Shown one piece after another: positions 37,901-51,100 of a DNA stretch of 64,000 bases. The stretch is from assembly GCA_047967505.1 (NCBI GenBank), contig CM106538.1; one strand, written 5' to 3'. Positions within the stretch are counted from its first letter, which is position 1; each line of letters begins with the position of its first letter. The notes under the pieces are model-generated. The model did not search any database, was not told the origin of the DNA, and saw nothing but the letters and a program-made list of their open reading frames with translations. The translations under genes were made by a program, and so were the position numbers. Source of the DNA: Dipteris shenzhenensis (lineage: Eukaryota).

Positions 37901-38792
37901 TCTCATCTGTGCTCCGCCTAGATGCAGAGAGGAGTTTGAGCACCAACCCCTTATGTGGCACCCAAAGATTAGAGATAAGGAGGGACCTATGCTCGACAGC
38001 AGACTCACATTGGTTGGGCACAGTGGGACAGTGGTTCAATAAGGCCTTTTAGCCATTGGAGTAGATTACCCATGGAGGCAGAGGTGAGGCTTGATGCCCT
38101 AGCGCATTTGTGAGGGGCAAGGCAGTGGATGGGTGAGATTGACTTAGCCAATCCTGAGTCTTGGTGGGAAGGACTTCGCGTTTGGAGAGACATTATATGG
38201 TTGGGGCAGTTTTCCTGTACTAGTGTTCCCTTGAGGATGTTGATGCAGTGAGGTAGCACACACCTCAGCTTCTTCCATGTAGGACTTGGAGGCCTACTCT
38301 AGCCACTCAGTGGAGAGAGACCCCGAGATGGATGGGATGTTGATGGGATTCACTGACAAAAAATCAAAGTGGTGGGACGTTTGGGGAAGGAGTGGCACAT
38401 TGACCCTCCCAATATCTCAGAGTAGGATGCCCCTAGATGGTGCCTTTGGTTGCCATCTGGCACGATATCATTTACACTCTATAGTCACCTTAGAGCATGG
38501 GACTCCAAGCTCTAGGGTGACTATCAGGAGGCGTGCTCGTCTGCAAGGCCTGGTGCATGAGTTTTCTACATCTTCACCCTGCGAGGGATTCATTGGTTGT
38601 ATAGTCCCCCCAATTGGCTGTTAGCCCCAGTACTAGTGATCCCCTAGGCAGTGAGTTGGGTTTCTCTAGAACAAGCCGGTTCTTTCTTTCAGCCTTTTCC
38701 AGTTGTTTTCCATACTCAGCACCTTCGGGGTTGTTGTTTTGTATGAAGTCTTTCAAGCATTAATAGAAGGTTCCTTTCTTTGAAAAAAAACA

Positions 38793-38795
<3 letters not shown>

Positions 38796-38838
<43 letters not shown>
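38796..38838. repeat. (GA)n microsatellite; many more at ~7790, 8000, 8130, 10520, 10880, 11660, 41823, 43020-43150 and 46808
   Basis: Directly visible dinucleotide runs. Confidence 0.95.
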
Positions 38839-38841
<3 letters not shown>

Positions 38842-40049
38842 AAAAAGGAACAAATGAAGCCCAGAAGAGCTTTACCTTTCCAATTCCTCCTCCATGGTAG
38901 TCAATCTCCATTGTCATTAAAATTATGACTTGTCCATCGATTCAACTATGACTCTATGTGATCCACATGCTCCTCCTTCTCTCCTTTTTTTGGACATTAA
39001 ACATCTCAGGGGTGAAAGAGGAGTGAAAGAGGGATTCCCAAGAACATCTTGTGATTGATGATGATCGACATTTACAAGAATAAGCCTGTCCCTTAATTTT
39101 TGACCTCAGGGGTGAAAGAAGGATTCCCAAGCACATCTTGTGATTAAACATCTGAGGGGTGAAAGAGGGATTCCCAAGCACATCTTGTGATTGATGATCT
39201 ACATTTACAATAATAAGTCTGTCCCTTAATTGTTGAATCTCTAGTTTGACAAATGGTGGTGTTATCTTCTTCTTCTTCTTCTATTTCCAAATCATCTTGG
39301 GGAGGTTCTTGGTTGTTTGACATTTTATTCTAAAGATAAACATGCAACCATAGCACAAGCCACTATGACAGAGTTTGTTTTCTTTTTTGTGTCTCACTAT
39401 GTGTTGTTGCTATTAGGAACCATCAATATAGGCTACTTTGCTAGAGACTTTTACATGCTTCATTTATTCTCTTACATTTGTAGCAAAATCTTTTGAACAT
39501 GAGATAATAAAAAATACACTTGTTAGCATCAAGTGTTTGTTTGATGTAATACCCGTGACGTAGAGTGACAGTATGGTTTGGTGTAATGGTGCATCCTCCT
39601 AATTTATGGCTGGGTATAGTGGGATACTAAATTATTATATGTAATAATTATTTAGTAGTATTTTAAAGAAAAGTTTTGTATGTCAGTTGGGAGGTTCTCT
39701 TATGTAGACCTATAAAAACTCACACATGAATGTACATATATGACATATACTTGTAAAGTAAGAGATATCATTGGACTTGAATCAATCGCGAGGCTCGCTT
39801 ATGTCATCCTATTTTATGAATGACTATGAATGGTATGACATCCTATGGTATAATTATGAATCAATCGTATAATTTTCGAATTGGTACTGGCTTTATTCAA
39901 GTGCCATAAATTGAAAATACATGAAAATTTATATAGATGTGTTGAATCAAAAAATTATTTTTATAAAACTTTTGGTTAACTTCAATAAATTCAAAGTTTC
40001 ATAAGCATTTATGTTTCTCTTTCTACCTTGATAGCAATCATGCCATAGT

Positions 40050-41650
40050 CCAAAAGCCATATGGGGCACATAAGTATGTTAATATGCCTAGACGTAACTC
40101 ATGGACTTGTAGCATGTGCCATAAGCCATTCACAGAATCATGCACAAGATTTTGTTTACATTTCTTAGGAGATCCTCATAAGCAAATCAGAAGGTGTTTT
40201 AGAGCAAGAGTTGAGGCATATAAAGAGATGTGCATAGCATGGTAGATGACATAATAGCACGTTAGGAATCTTAGGGTGAGGTGGAAGTAAGTTTCACAAG
40301 GTGTCCTGTATTGCACTATAGTTGGTTTGATGACTAATGCTATAGTAGGTGCATGAATCTAACTATGGAGCATGGACAATGTAGTAATGTGTCACGTTCA
40401 CATGCACGAGTCCAGCAACAAACTTTAGAAGTGTCTTTCAAAACATAGCATGTAGAAAGGTGCAACAAGATGTTTAAAATTTGAGGCTATTTGTCACATC
40501 GGCGGCTATCCATTGAACACGGTGTAAACCCCCCATTGGAAAAGGCCATGGCTTTCATAGAAAGCATTGATCCTTCATATATTATGGCATTGGATAAATA
40601 TTACGATATGATGAAACTAGAGATGCATCACTATTGTTTATGATGACATTCACTAGAAGACAACTTGCAACATTGTTAGCGAGACGACGATGGAAGAACG
40701 TGTCTAAGGGACCTTTAATTAATACCATGATTGTCACGTTCAAAGATGAGGCTTTTCATTAGTCTATTGACACAAGTGGCCATAGTAAGATGAGAGTATA
40801 TTGCTGAACAAAAGGGTAAAGTAATTGAGGACTTGAAACCTCATAATGTCATCCAAGTCATCATAGATAATGCAAGGAACTATTAAAAAGCTAAGAAAAT
40901 ATTAAATGCAAAATATTTCATCGCTTGGGCCTTGCTATGATCTTGTCATGACCTTGACCTTGTTCTCAAAGATTGGTATAAAACCCCAGAGACCCAAATC
41001 TTTGAAAGAGCAGTGGTGGATGAGGGTGGAAAGGTTGTTTTGTAGTTTGTTAATCATGAAAGATTATTGGGCATATTTGGAATAAAACATCCTTCATCCA
41101 ACCTATTAGAGTTTCTAAAGCCTATTGAGACACATTTTGGAACATAGTATATCATATTGGAGCATTTGCTTAAGTTACAAGGAATTGTTACTGAGAGATT
41201 GGATAGTGCCAAATCAGTAGAGTGGATAGCTAAGAAACTCTCATAAGCCTTTCATAAGGAATTCACTGAGCTAAAAGAGATCTATGCCAAGGCAAACTTT
41301 TGGAAGAGGAAAACGAATGTGGTGGAGGTAATGAACCTTATTTGGCTTGCTATCTTGACCAAGCATAGGATGTGCCTACATGGCTTGGTGGATTGTAGAA
41401 TGTGATGTTTGGAAGGAAAATGCATGAGCTGGTGGGTATCCTTACACCTTGACTCGATGTGCACTATTAAAACATGGGTGTAAAAATGATGGCACCAAGC
41501 TTCACAATGCTCTTCACTATGCTAACCATTTCTTAGATCCTGCTTGGTGCATATACTACCTATTAGGATTCGTAAGGGATTTAAAAAAGGTGATTCAAAA
41601 TAGCATCTTAAAATTTTTAAAATGTTTTTAAATCCAGCCTAGCGTTTTTA
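40050..41650 (+). mobile_element. Degenerate hAT transposase remnant
   Basis: BED-finger-like WTCSMCHKPF...TRFCLHFLG....IRRC (~40100); NVIQVIIDNARNY...CHDLDLVLKD (~40850-40975); LHNALHYANHFLDP (~41500). Confidence 0.75.
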
Positions 41651-41818
41651 AGATGATCTAATAGCATTTTTTTTACTAAGATTGGCTACAAGTAGTCACC
41701 ACATGGTAAATCAAAATACCGCACGATAACCACCAAGTTTACCAGTTGGTATTTTAACTTACCATGTGTAACTGTAGATTTCCCATGTGGTATCATCACT
41801 ATACCATGTGGTAAAATT

Positions 41819-41849
<31 letters not shown>

Positions 41850-43031
41850 CGCCGTCCGATGTCATCATTGTACTGTTCACATTCTCAAGATTCCAATGCT
41901 CCCCTAGAGTCTTAAAAGTTCAAGAAGGAATTTGAAAAGGATAAAGAAAACTTCATAACAAAATTATAAGTTTTATTTATTCATTTTTAAAGTATCAGGT
42001 GGCAGAGGTGTGTAGCTATGCTAGTTGGTATCTACACACACTTAGAGACAAGCTACATAAACTTAGTATTTTTGGTCTGTAGATGGGTTGAAAATTGCAT
42101 GCTAAATTGTATTAATTTAAACAAATTTATAAATAGGTTATAAATGTAAAAAGTGGTAGCAGTTTTTCAAAAGTACTTGAAAATTTTAAGTTCTTTTGTT
42201 GTAAATAGTAGTAATTTATTTCTTCATAGTAGTAGCCATATATTTAGTTTTTAAGAATTATGAAATATTTAGTAGTTTCTTTTAGAGGTTTGCATATGTT
42301 GACCTATAATAACTCAAACATGGCTCAAAAATATATATTAGTTTGTGTGCTGGTTGGGAATTTGCTTATGCTACTCGCACAAGATGCAAAACATATATTA
42401 GTAAAGTAAGAGTCAAGAGATAACACTTGACTTTGAGCTAGTTGTGGCTCGTTTATGCTAGCATGTTGCTTGCTGATAGCAACACATTCAACGTCTATCT
42501 AGTTCTATGACCCAAATTTGTTGGCTTGTATCAACCTGCAAAACACACTACGAATCCCCACAATTGTTTAGAAAGGAACAATTAATATATTATAATATAT
42601 CTAGGGACATAATCTATAGTTTTCATATACTAAAAGCATGAACTAGTAAAAATGTTAAGGTTGGGTATTTTGTAATTGCTAGCTTAAATCATCCCAAAAA
42701 GTACATTCTATGAATCTCCACACTTGTTTTGAAAAACACAATTGTTGATAGATTAAAATGTAAAATCTATAAATTTCATGAATCATATACTATAGATTGT
42801 AGACATGCGATAATAAAAATGTTTAGGTTTATTCAAAGTCAAGGTCAACAAAAAAACATAAAATTGCTTAGTGTCACAAAGAATTAAAATGCAAATGAGA
42901 ACAAGAAATGACTATACGTGAAAATGTAAGTACCTCTAGTTATTATACCAGTGTCCGTGAAATATCAACCATCATTAGAAAAGCATGATGTTGCAAATGA
43001 TTATCCTGTAGATAGATGCTTGTGTGTGTGC

Positions 43032-43091
<60 letters not shown>

Positions 43092-43119
43092 TGTGGACCC
43101 ACCATTCCAAGCCTTGGAT

Positions 43120-43153
<34 letters not shown>

Positions 43154-44487
43154 GCTTACATGATGTATTACAAGATTAATGTTTTAGATATCCTAGATGT
43201 AGAACTTAACAAGGAAAGCTAAAGTTAGATGCATAGAAATGGAAATTGCGCAGTTAAGCATTTGCGCAGAGCTTAACAAGGAAAGCATCCAACTTTAGCT
43301 TTCCTTGTTAAGTCCAACAAGGAAAGCTAAAGTTGGATGCTAATATCCATTGATTCAATTTCCATTTCTATGTCATTGGAAGCATATTTTAAAGCACAAG
43401 ACATAGAGAAGGTGCACAACATATTTTAAAGATCATTTACCACACCGATTATCATTTGAGCATGGTGCAAAGCTTGCATTGAAAAAAGGCCATGGCTTTA
43501 TAGAGCAAGGCTTGTCTTGGACATACAATGATATGAAGAGTTTGCAATAGCTTGCACCTGACAAAGAGGATTGAGTAGAAGTTTCTGTGCTTATGGGTTT
43601 GGAGGACATTATTGAAAAAGGGTTGACTCTTGCAATGCAAGCAAATTCCTATAGCCCCATTGAGGACTCCTTGACCTTGCAATAGTTAAGCAAAAAATTT
43701 TAAAAGAAGTAGAAGAATGGCAACATTGCACATAGGGAAGAAGGTGCATGAATGCAAATTTTGAAGCAAATACATATATTACACAATTGTAGAAGTGTTT
43801 GGAGGCCTCATTACAAGGCAAAAATGGCAAAGATAAATGTGATATGGCTTGCAAATAAAGTTCCATAATGTTGCTTTGGGAATCTATTTCCCTAATGTTT
43901 GGAGGGCTCATTATAGGCCAAAATGGCCCCAAAAAAAAAAGCTGTGGCCTATAAATAAAGTTCCATAATGTTGCTTGGGATTATGCACTTGAATGGCCTC
44001 GTCAGTCTCCACTTCCCAAGCATCTAGAGAGCTAGGAACTTATATTAGTTATGAACATGTTGTCGATACAGTTAATCTGTACAAGGTATGAATGGTTCCA
44101 TAATGGGCTGAGTGCAGTTTGATTATGAAAGAAAATGAGCATGTCACATGCATTGTGTGGAAAGATGCAAATTTCTTGCAATAAGAAACCGTTTACTTTT
44201 ATGTGTTCATATGCATTGTGCAAAGAATTTCAATATTGTGAGGCATATAAAATGTTGTTTGCTAGAGTTAAAATGACACTTGTATAGTTAAATGGATATT
44301 TCAATCCCACATGTAGACCATTGTACTAAAATGGACCTTAAAGTGACTACACTTAATGTCTTTGAATATATCTACCATATGCTCTTTATTTGTAATAAAG
44401 TGTCAATTTCTAAAGTTATAAAGTTATAAAGTTTGAACTCTTACTTTTATGGTTATAGAATATGGTCTTGTTGCATGAATATGGTTA

Positions 44488-46548
44488 CATGATTTTATGG
44501 GGGTTTCATAAAATTTTGATTAAAAAAATTGAATATCGTTACAATATTTAATGGTTATAGAATTTTAAAACATTAAAATATTGTCTTGAAGTGCTTAGAA
44601 TTGGTTAACAATGATTACAAATGCTTTGATGATCTTCTTGTTTAACATTCCAATATAAAACTAGGTTAACAAAAGCATATATGTCATAAAACCAATACAA
44701 TGCTAGATAACCAAAAATGTATAGCAAAAGAGAGCTAGGGCAACATAGTTGAACAAAATTGACCTGCACAAATTTTAACTAACAAACATGATATGACAAC
44801 AAAGGTTATACATCAAAAGGGCATGCTATTGTAGATGGCTTCTTGTATCTCACATGAAATCCAAAATAGTTGTGGGGAACTCTCAATTGAATTTATGGGA
44901 AACTTGACTCGTCCAACTAGATATGAGAACAAAAATTAACTAATTTACAACCAAGCATTGTGTACTTGTCTTCCTCTATTTTAATATCATATTATTCATG
45001 ATGAATATAGGAACTAGCAAAAACACATTGCCCCATCGATCCTTTTGAGCTTCGATTGTCAACTCCTTTCCCACACGGCATTGAGAAGATAACAATTTCC
45101 ATCTTCATCTCATTATTCTCCTCTGGGGATGATTGCAAAAATATCATCAATAAAGATAGCATTACTCAAGGAATAATAATGAAATTCAAAAGTGGGCCTA
45201 GCAGCATCCTCATCATCACTAAAGAGTGATCGTGTGCTTCTTTGCTACAATTTGTATCCATCACAACAAGGGAGTGAGGGTGTAGTACTCCCAACTCTCC
45301 ACGCACAGCCTCATTTCTCCGGCTTCTTTTTTTCTTCAATTCTGATTTAAAAATTAGCCGAGAGAGATCAATCACTGTGTTCAAATGGTGCATCTCAATC
45401 ACTATGTTCAAATGGTGCATCTCCTCCAATTTTCTTGCATACACCAATAACAAAAGCACGATATACTCTTGGTTCTGATTGCATACATATCATGTATTGA
45501 ATCTCTGCTAACATAATGCATGGACCATGCATTATGTTATGGGGGTTTCATGATTTTATGCGGGTTTCATAATTTTTTGATTAAAAAATTGAATATCGTT
45601 ACAATATTTAATGGTTATAGAATTTTGAAACATTAAAATACCGTTTTGAAGTGCTTAGAATTGGTTAACAATGATTACAAATGCTTTCTTGATCTTCTTG
45701 TTTAACATTCCAATATAAAACTATATGTCATAAAACTAATACAATGCTAAATAACCAAAAATGTATAGCGAAAGAGAGCTAGGGCAATAGAGTTGAACAA
45801 AATTGACCTGCACAAGTTTTAACTAACAAACATGATATGACAACAAAGGTTATACATCAAAAGGGCATGCTATTGTAGATGGCTTCTTGTATTTCACATG
45901 AAAGCCAAAATAGTTGTGGGGAACTCTCAATTGAATTTATGGGAAACTTGACTCGTCCAACTAGATATGAGAACAAAAAATTAACTAATTTACAACCAAA
46001 CATTGTGTAGTTGGCTTCCTCTATTTTAGTGTAGCATTATTCATGATGAATATAGGAACTAGAAAAAACACATTGCCCCATCGATCCTTTTGAGCTTCGA
46101 TTGTCAACTCCTTTCCCACACGGCATTGAGAAGATAACAATCTCCATCTTCATCATTATTCTCCTCTGGGATGATTGCAAAAATATCATCAATAGAGATA
46201 GCATCACTCAAGGAATAATAATGAAATTCAAACGTGGGCCTAGAAGCATCCTCATCATCACTGAAGAGTGATCGTGTGCTTCTTTGCTACAATTTATATC
46301 CACCACAGCAAGGGAGTGAGGGCGTAGTACTCCCAACTCTCCATGCACACCCTCACTTCTTCGGCTTCTTTTTTTCTTCAATTCTGATTCAAAAATTAGT
46401 TGAGAGAGATCAATCACTGTGTTCAAATGGTGCATCTCCTCCGAATTTCTTACATACACCAATAGCAAAAGCATGATATACTCTTGGCTCTGATTGCATA
46501 CGTATCATGTATTGAATCTTTGCTAGTATAATGCATAGACCATGCATT
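44488..46548 (+). repeat. ~1.05-kb tandem duplication (44488-45533 and 45549-46548) with a short templated junction
   Basis: Colinear high identity from catgattttatg to ccatgcatt; the junction filler repeats ttatgggggttt from the start of copy 1. Confidence 0.92.
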
Positions 46549-46805
46549 TGGGACATATTGGCAATCCTACCTATGATTTCTTTTCATATCACCTTCTTTG
46601 AACTCCCAAAATACTCTTTTTACATCCTTTCTTTTATATGAATACTTGGAATGGAATCCATAAGACAAGTGGGTCCGCAAAAAAGTAACATCATCTACAA
46701 TAGAGTGCCCTCTGTATAAGAGTGCTAACCAAAAAATTCCTTTGTTTCAGTCTTCTATATTTTAGATTTGAGGAGAGGCACCACAATTGTGGTGGTAGGG
46801 GGAGG

Positions 46806-46849
<44 letters not shown>

Positions 46850-46850
<1 letters not shown>

Positions 46851-47620
46851 CCATTGTTCATATGGGATTTCTTTCCTAATCTATAAGTGGTGGTCAATGA
46901 AACATGCTCATTGGCTGCCTACAAAACTAGCCTATCCATTATCCTTTAAGGGGGTCAAAAGATTTACAACTCGATGTTGGGCCTCTAAAAAAATGTAAGT
47001 TCACACCTGCAACCCACCTAACTAAAAATCCAAATAGTTGAATTGGCAATTTTTACATGGGCTTTCATCTAGCTATACAAAGAACCCTCGTGCAATCCAA
47101 GAGCTCTTGCAATGGAAGAGGTAATGCACTTTTATAGGCAATTCAACCATGCCTTCTACTTGGATTCCCTCAATGATTTGCACTCATGGTTTCCCATGTT
47201 GCTACCCTTATCCTGACATTCTCACCAATTGCCATCATGATTGCAAGTCTTGATACCGTTAAGACCTATGATGCCTATAAGTCCATCATCATCTCTGGAT
47301 CCCTACCCTATTGGCCTCGCATCTTCATCTTGATGCTTCACCCTTTACTTTCATCTATTTCCTTTTCCTTCATCTCTAGATTCTCACCTTTTTCCTTCAC
47401 CTTTTGATTTTTGCCCCTACTTTTGCGCTGCTTGTTTGGGTTCGGAGCTTATCGTGTGTTGGATAGTCCTTTGCTCTTCACCATTCATCCTTTGAGCCTT
47501 GTCCTTCTCATTTGTTCTTCATCTTTTCCCTTCATTCTTGATGTTAATAGAAATTTTTTTGGGTGTTAAGATTCTTCCCCCCCTTGGAATTTGTCCATGT
47601 CCTCATGGACATCTCAGTGC
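46850..47620 (-). mobile_element. Possible Gypsy 3' end (PPT plus degenerate LTR)
   Basis: Minus strand reads gaggac...ttccaagggggggaagaa followed by a tgtaacaccc-like start near 47570; the left boundary is a guess. Confidence 0.3.
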
Positions 47621-47834
47621 TCTAGATTTAGATAGAAGCCCAACGACTCAAATAGTCAAATTGTAAACGGTCTTGATTAGTACAATTTATCATTTACTGT
47701 GTTTTGGTCTATTGGTTTGATTGAGTGCTCTAGATTTGCAAAAATTATAGATTTTAGTCTTAAAAGTCTAGATCTGGAAGCATGAGTATGCTAGCAATTT
47801 TCTTTTGGTTCATGAAGTTTTGGATTCTCGAATC

Positions 47835-48128
47835 CACTATGTTAACAAGCGTGAACATAATGATTTTTTGTCTAAAAAAAAGAAAAGTTTTGTAATAGAA
47901 CAAAAATTTTATATGAAAAAAGATGAATTTTGATTTATGAATGAACAAAAATATCATTCAAAAAACTTCGTCACGTAAAACTTTCATCGAAGGAGAATTT
48001 TCATCGGCGAAAAATTTTCATCAATGAAAGTTTTATGTGATGAAATGTTTTTACTTCTACTAGAATGACATTTTCATCCATTCATGTTATAAATTTTCCT
48101 TTTTTTGGATGAAAATTTTGTTTCATTG
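47835..48128 (+). mobile_element. Putative CACTA/EnSpm terminus with subterminal repeats
   Basis: CACTA at 47835, followed by many tttcatc/gatgaaa motifs in both orientations; cut by the Copia LTR at 48129; partner end not found. Confidence 0.5.
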
Positions 48129-51100
48129 TGTAAGAAAATAATACGTCTGTGCTCAACAGATAACAGGATCTCGTATGCAAGAGAGAGAACAAGATAGTAT
48201 GGAGAATCAAAAATTTGACTACTATAGAATTGATACAATAGATGGCACTGCCTCCCAACCGTGCGCTCCTGTGAAAGAAGCTTTGATGGCATGCTAGAAA
48301 CAATAGAAGATGAAGGTTGAATGCTAAGGAATCAAGGTTGCTGTAGCCAGTGATGAAATGGGCTTCACGGGCTTGCTCTTATATAGCCACCAGTCATAGT
48401 CGGTTAGGCTCAATTGGGTGGCCGACCCAGTTCGCCCAAAATGGTCGACTAGGGGTCGGTCCTGAAATAGGCCACCGACCATATGATAGAACTGGTGTGC
48501 AAAACAGAGCAACTCACCTATGATCACCGTTCGGCCCACAGCCATCCGAGATCATCTGAAGCTCCAAATGGGCCCCGCAACCCGAGAGTCGTCGGCTGCC
48601 TCGAGAAATGCTCCATCTACCCTCAGTACGATCAGTCAAGGGATGCCTTCCCGCACTTGCATGTAGCCTAGTTGGTGGTGTGCCAACTCTATCTGAAGCC
48701 ATCTAGCCATCAAGCCACACATGGCCCCCATCTGGTGTCCAAACCAAGACCTACCAGATAATCAAGCTACTCAAATGCCTTCTCCTCATATGGGGGGCTT
48801 AAAAGTAGAGTTAGCTAGTTCCCGTGTAGTTACACGAGAGTGGAGCATTGATATATAACACCCCCCCTCAATGTCCACCTGCAAGTGAACTTACTTTTTT
48901 GGCCCAATGCTAAGCAGGTCTCTTCCAAGAGCCTTTGTGAAGATGTCCGCAGCATTCTCTGTAGTCGGACAGTACACTAAGTCGACCTCTCCATCCATGA
49001 TCAGCTCACGTACAAAGTGATATTGAATCTCAATGTGTTTTGTGCGAGCGTGGAACACCGGGTTCTTTGCAATCGCCTTGCAACTTTGATTGTCACATGA
49101 TAGCTGCGTAGGCTTGTTCTGCACTGCACCCATGTCCCCCAAAATCCTCCTCAACCGCACTTCTTCGCAAGAAGCAAAGCATGCAGATTTGTACTCGGCC
49201 TCGGTAGAAGAAAGAGCAACTGTGGGTTGCTTCTTGCTGACCCATGACACAACTCCAGATCCAAGTGAGAAATAGTACCCTGTCACTAATCTCCTGCTGT
49301 CCATGTCTCGTGCCCAATCCGAGTCACAAAATTTGGTCAAGATGTTGCCCTTGATATAGGTGATGCCATAATCAACGATGTATTTCAGCACGTGCATCCC
49401 TGCCCTCCAATGGTTCTCCCGGGGCTTATTGGAAAACTTGCTTAGTATACCAGTCACAAAGCTGATGTCCGATCGTGTGTTTCACAGGTAGATCAAGCTG
49501 CCCACAAGCCTTCTGTACTTCGCTTCGTCCACCAGTGGTGATGAATCCTCGTTTGAGAGCTTCGCGTCAACCTCCATAGGGGTACCAACTGTTTTGCACT
49601 CAACCATGCCAAATGCTTTCAGTATCTCTCCAGCATATTTCAGCTATGAAATGAAGATCTGTTTCGGCTCCTACCAAACTTCAATCCCCAAACAGAAATG
49701 CATCAGTCCGAGGTCTGTCATTTCAAACCCTCTTCCTAGCAAATGCTTCGTCTGCGAGATCTTCTCTTCATGGTTCCCTATTATGAGAAGGTCGTCCACA
49801 TAAAGGACCATGATCATACACCTGCCTCCTTGTCTGAAGATATACAAATTTGCATCAGATGGGCTCCTCCTGAACCAGTTTTGTAGAAAGTAGGCATCAA
49901 TTCATTGGTACCACACTCGTGGGGCCTGTTTCAGCCCGTAAAGTGCCTTCTTTAGTTTGCAGACTTTACCTTCTCAACCGGGGATCTCAAAACTTGGTGG
50001 TTGTTCCACGTATACCTCCTCCTTGAGATCTCCATTCAGAAAGGCGAATATCACATCCATCTAAAACACGGGCCAACTTCCCTGGGTAGCTAAAGCCAAA
50101 ACACTATGAATTGTGGTTAGTCGAGATGTGGGAGCAAAAGTATCTTGATAATCAAAACCATGTACCTATGCAAATCCTTTTGCCATGAGTTGAGCCTTGT
50201 ACTTATCCAACGTGCCGTTGGACTTGTACTTGATCTTGTACACCCACTTGGTTCTGATTACCTTGCGCTTTGGTGGTCGATCCACAAGGTCCCAAGTATT
50301 GTTCTTCATTATGGAGCCATACTCCGACTGCATAGCCTCCATCCACCTATCATTGCCTTATGCCTCTTCAAGACACTTGGGTTCATCAGCACGGATCACT
50401 TCTGTCATCAAAGCATCGTTGACCAAGTGTTCCTGCGCCCTTCTTTGCTCCTCTAATCTCTTGGACCGGTGGTGTTCGGATGGTTCCTCCTCAATTGCTA
50501 GAGGTTCTCTGCCATCCAAAAGCTGCTTTACCCACTTCGGGAATGGCCGTTGCTGTGTGGTTCTACAGGCTCTTCTTCATCTTCTTTGTCTTGAATCCTC
50601 CCAAGCACCATTGGGGGAGTTCGGTCTGCTGTTGGTGGTAGTACTGGATGGATATCTTGAACCTGGTTGTCTGGGAAGGAAGCATCCTCCTCCAATTGAT
50701 GCAGTTGTTCTGAGAAGACCACATCGCAACTTACAATTACCTTCTTGGTAACAGGGTTATAGAGACGGTAACCCTTCACCTCTTCACTGTAGCCCAAGAA
50801 AATACACTTGCAGCTCTTCAGTTCCCATTTGGTCTTGGTAGGATTAGGGACATGCACAAAACAGTCACATCCAGAAATTCTGAAAGGTGCAGCTGAAGGT
50901 TTCTTACCAGAAAAGGCTTGTAGTGGAGTCATCCCGTTCATAGCCTTCATGTAGCTACGATTGAGGATGTAAACTGCAGTGTTACATGCTTCAGCCCAAA
51001 AAGTCTTTGGAAAATCTTTCCCTTTCATCATACTCTGGCCCATTTCATAGATGATGCACATCTTGCGTTCTATTACTCCATTTTGCTATGATGTATGTGG

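Larger units (their letters stand above)
20014..38790 (+). mobile_element. Apparently full-length L1-type LINE (pyrimidine-rich 5' region, ORF1 with CCHC knuckle, EN, RT, poly(A)), now degenerate, interrupted and partly duplicated
   Basis: ORF1 CLRCRQMGHLARDC (~23884); EN IVSWNIHGL...DILMIHEH, RLDRFYV, DHSPV; RT WRPITLL, DFEKAYNRVEW, QGCPL; A8 at 38783-38790; (GA)n on both flanks. Confidence 0.88.

Noticed and set aside
39541-39562. Degenerate PBS and 5' LTR start for the old Gypsy (cgtgacg shared with 17319)
   Set aside because: Only ~7 nt of LTR similarity and a weak PBS match; too little to call
45080-45110. DGNC OTU-protease motif on the minus strand
   Set aside because: The duplicate copy reads DGDC, a change that is synonymous in another frame, and no other OTU motifs are visible
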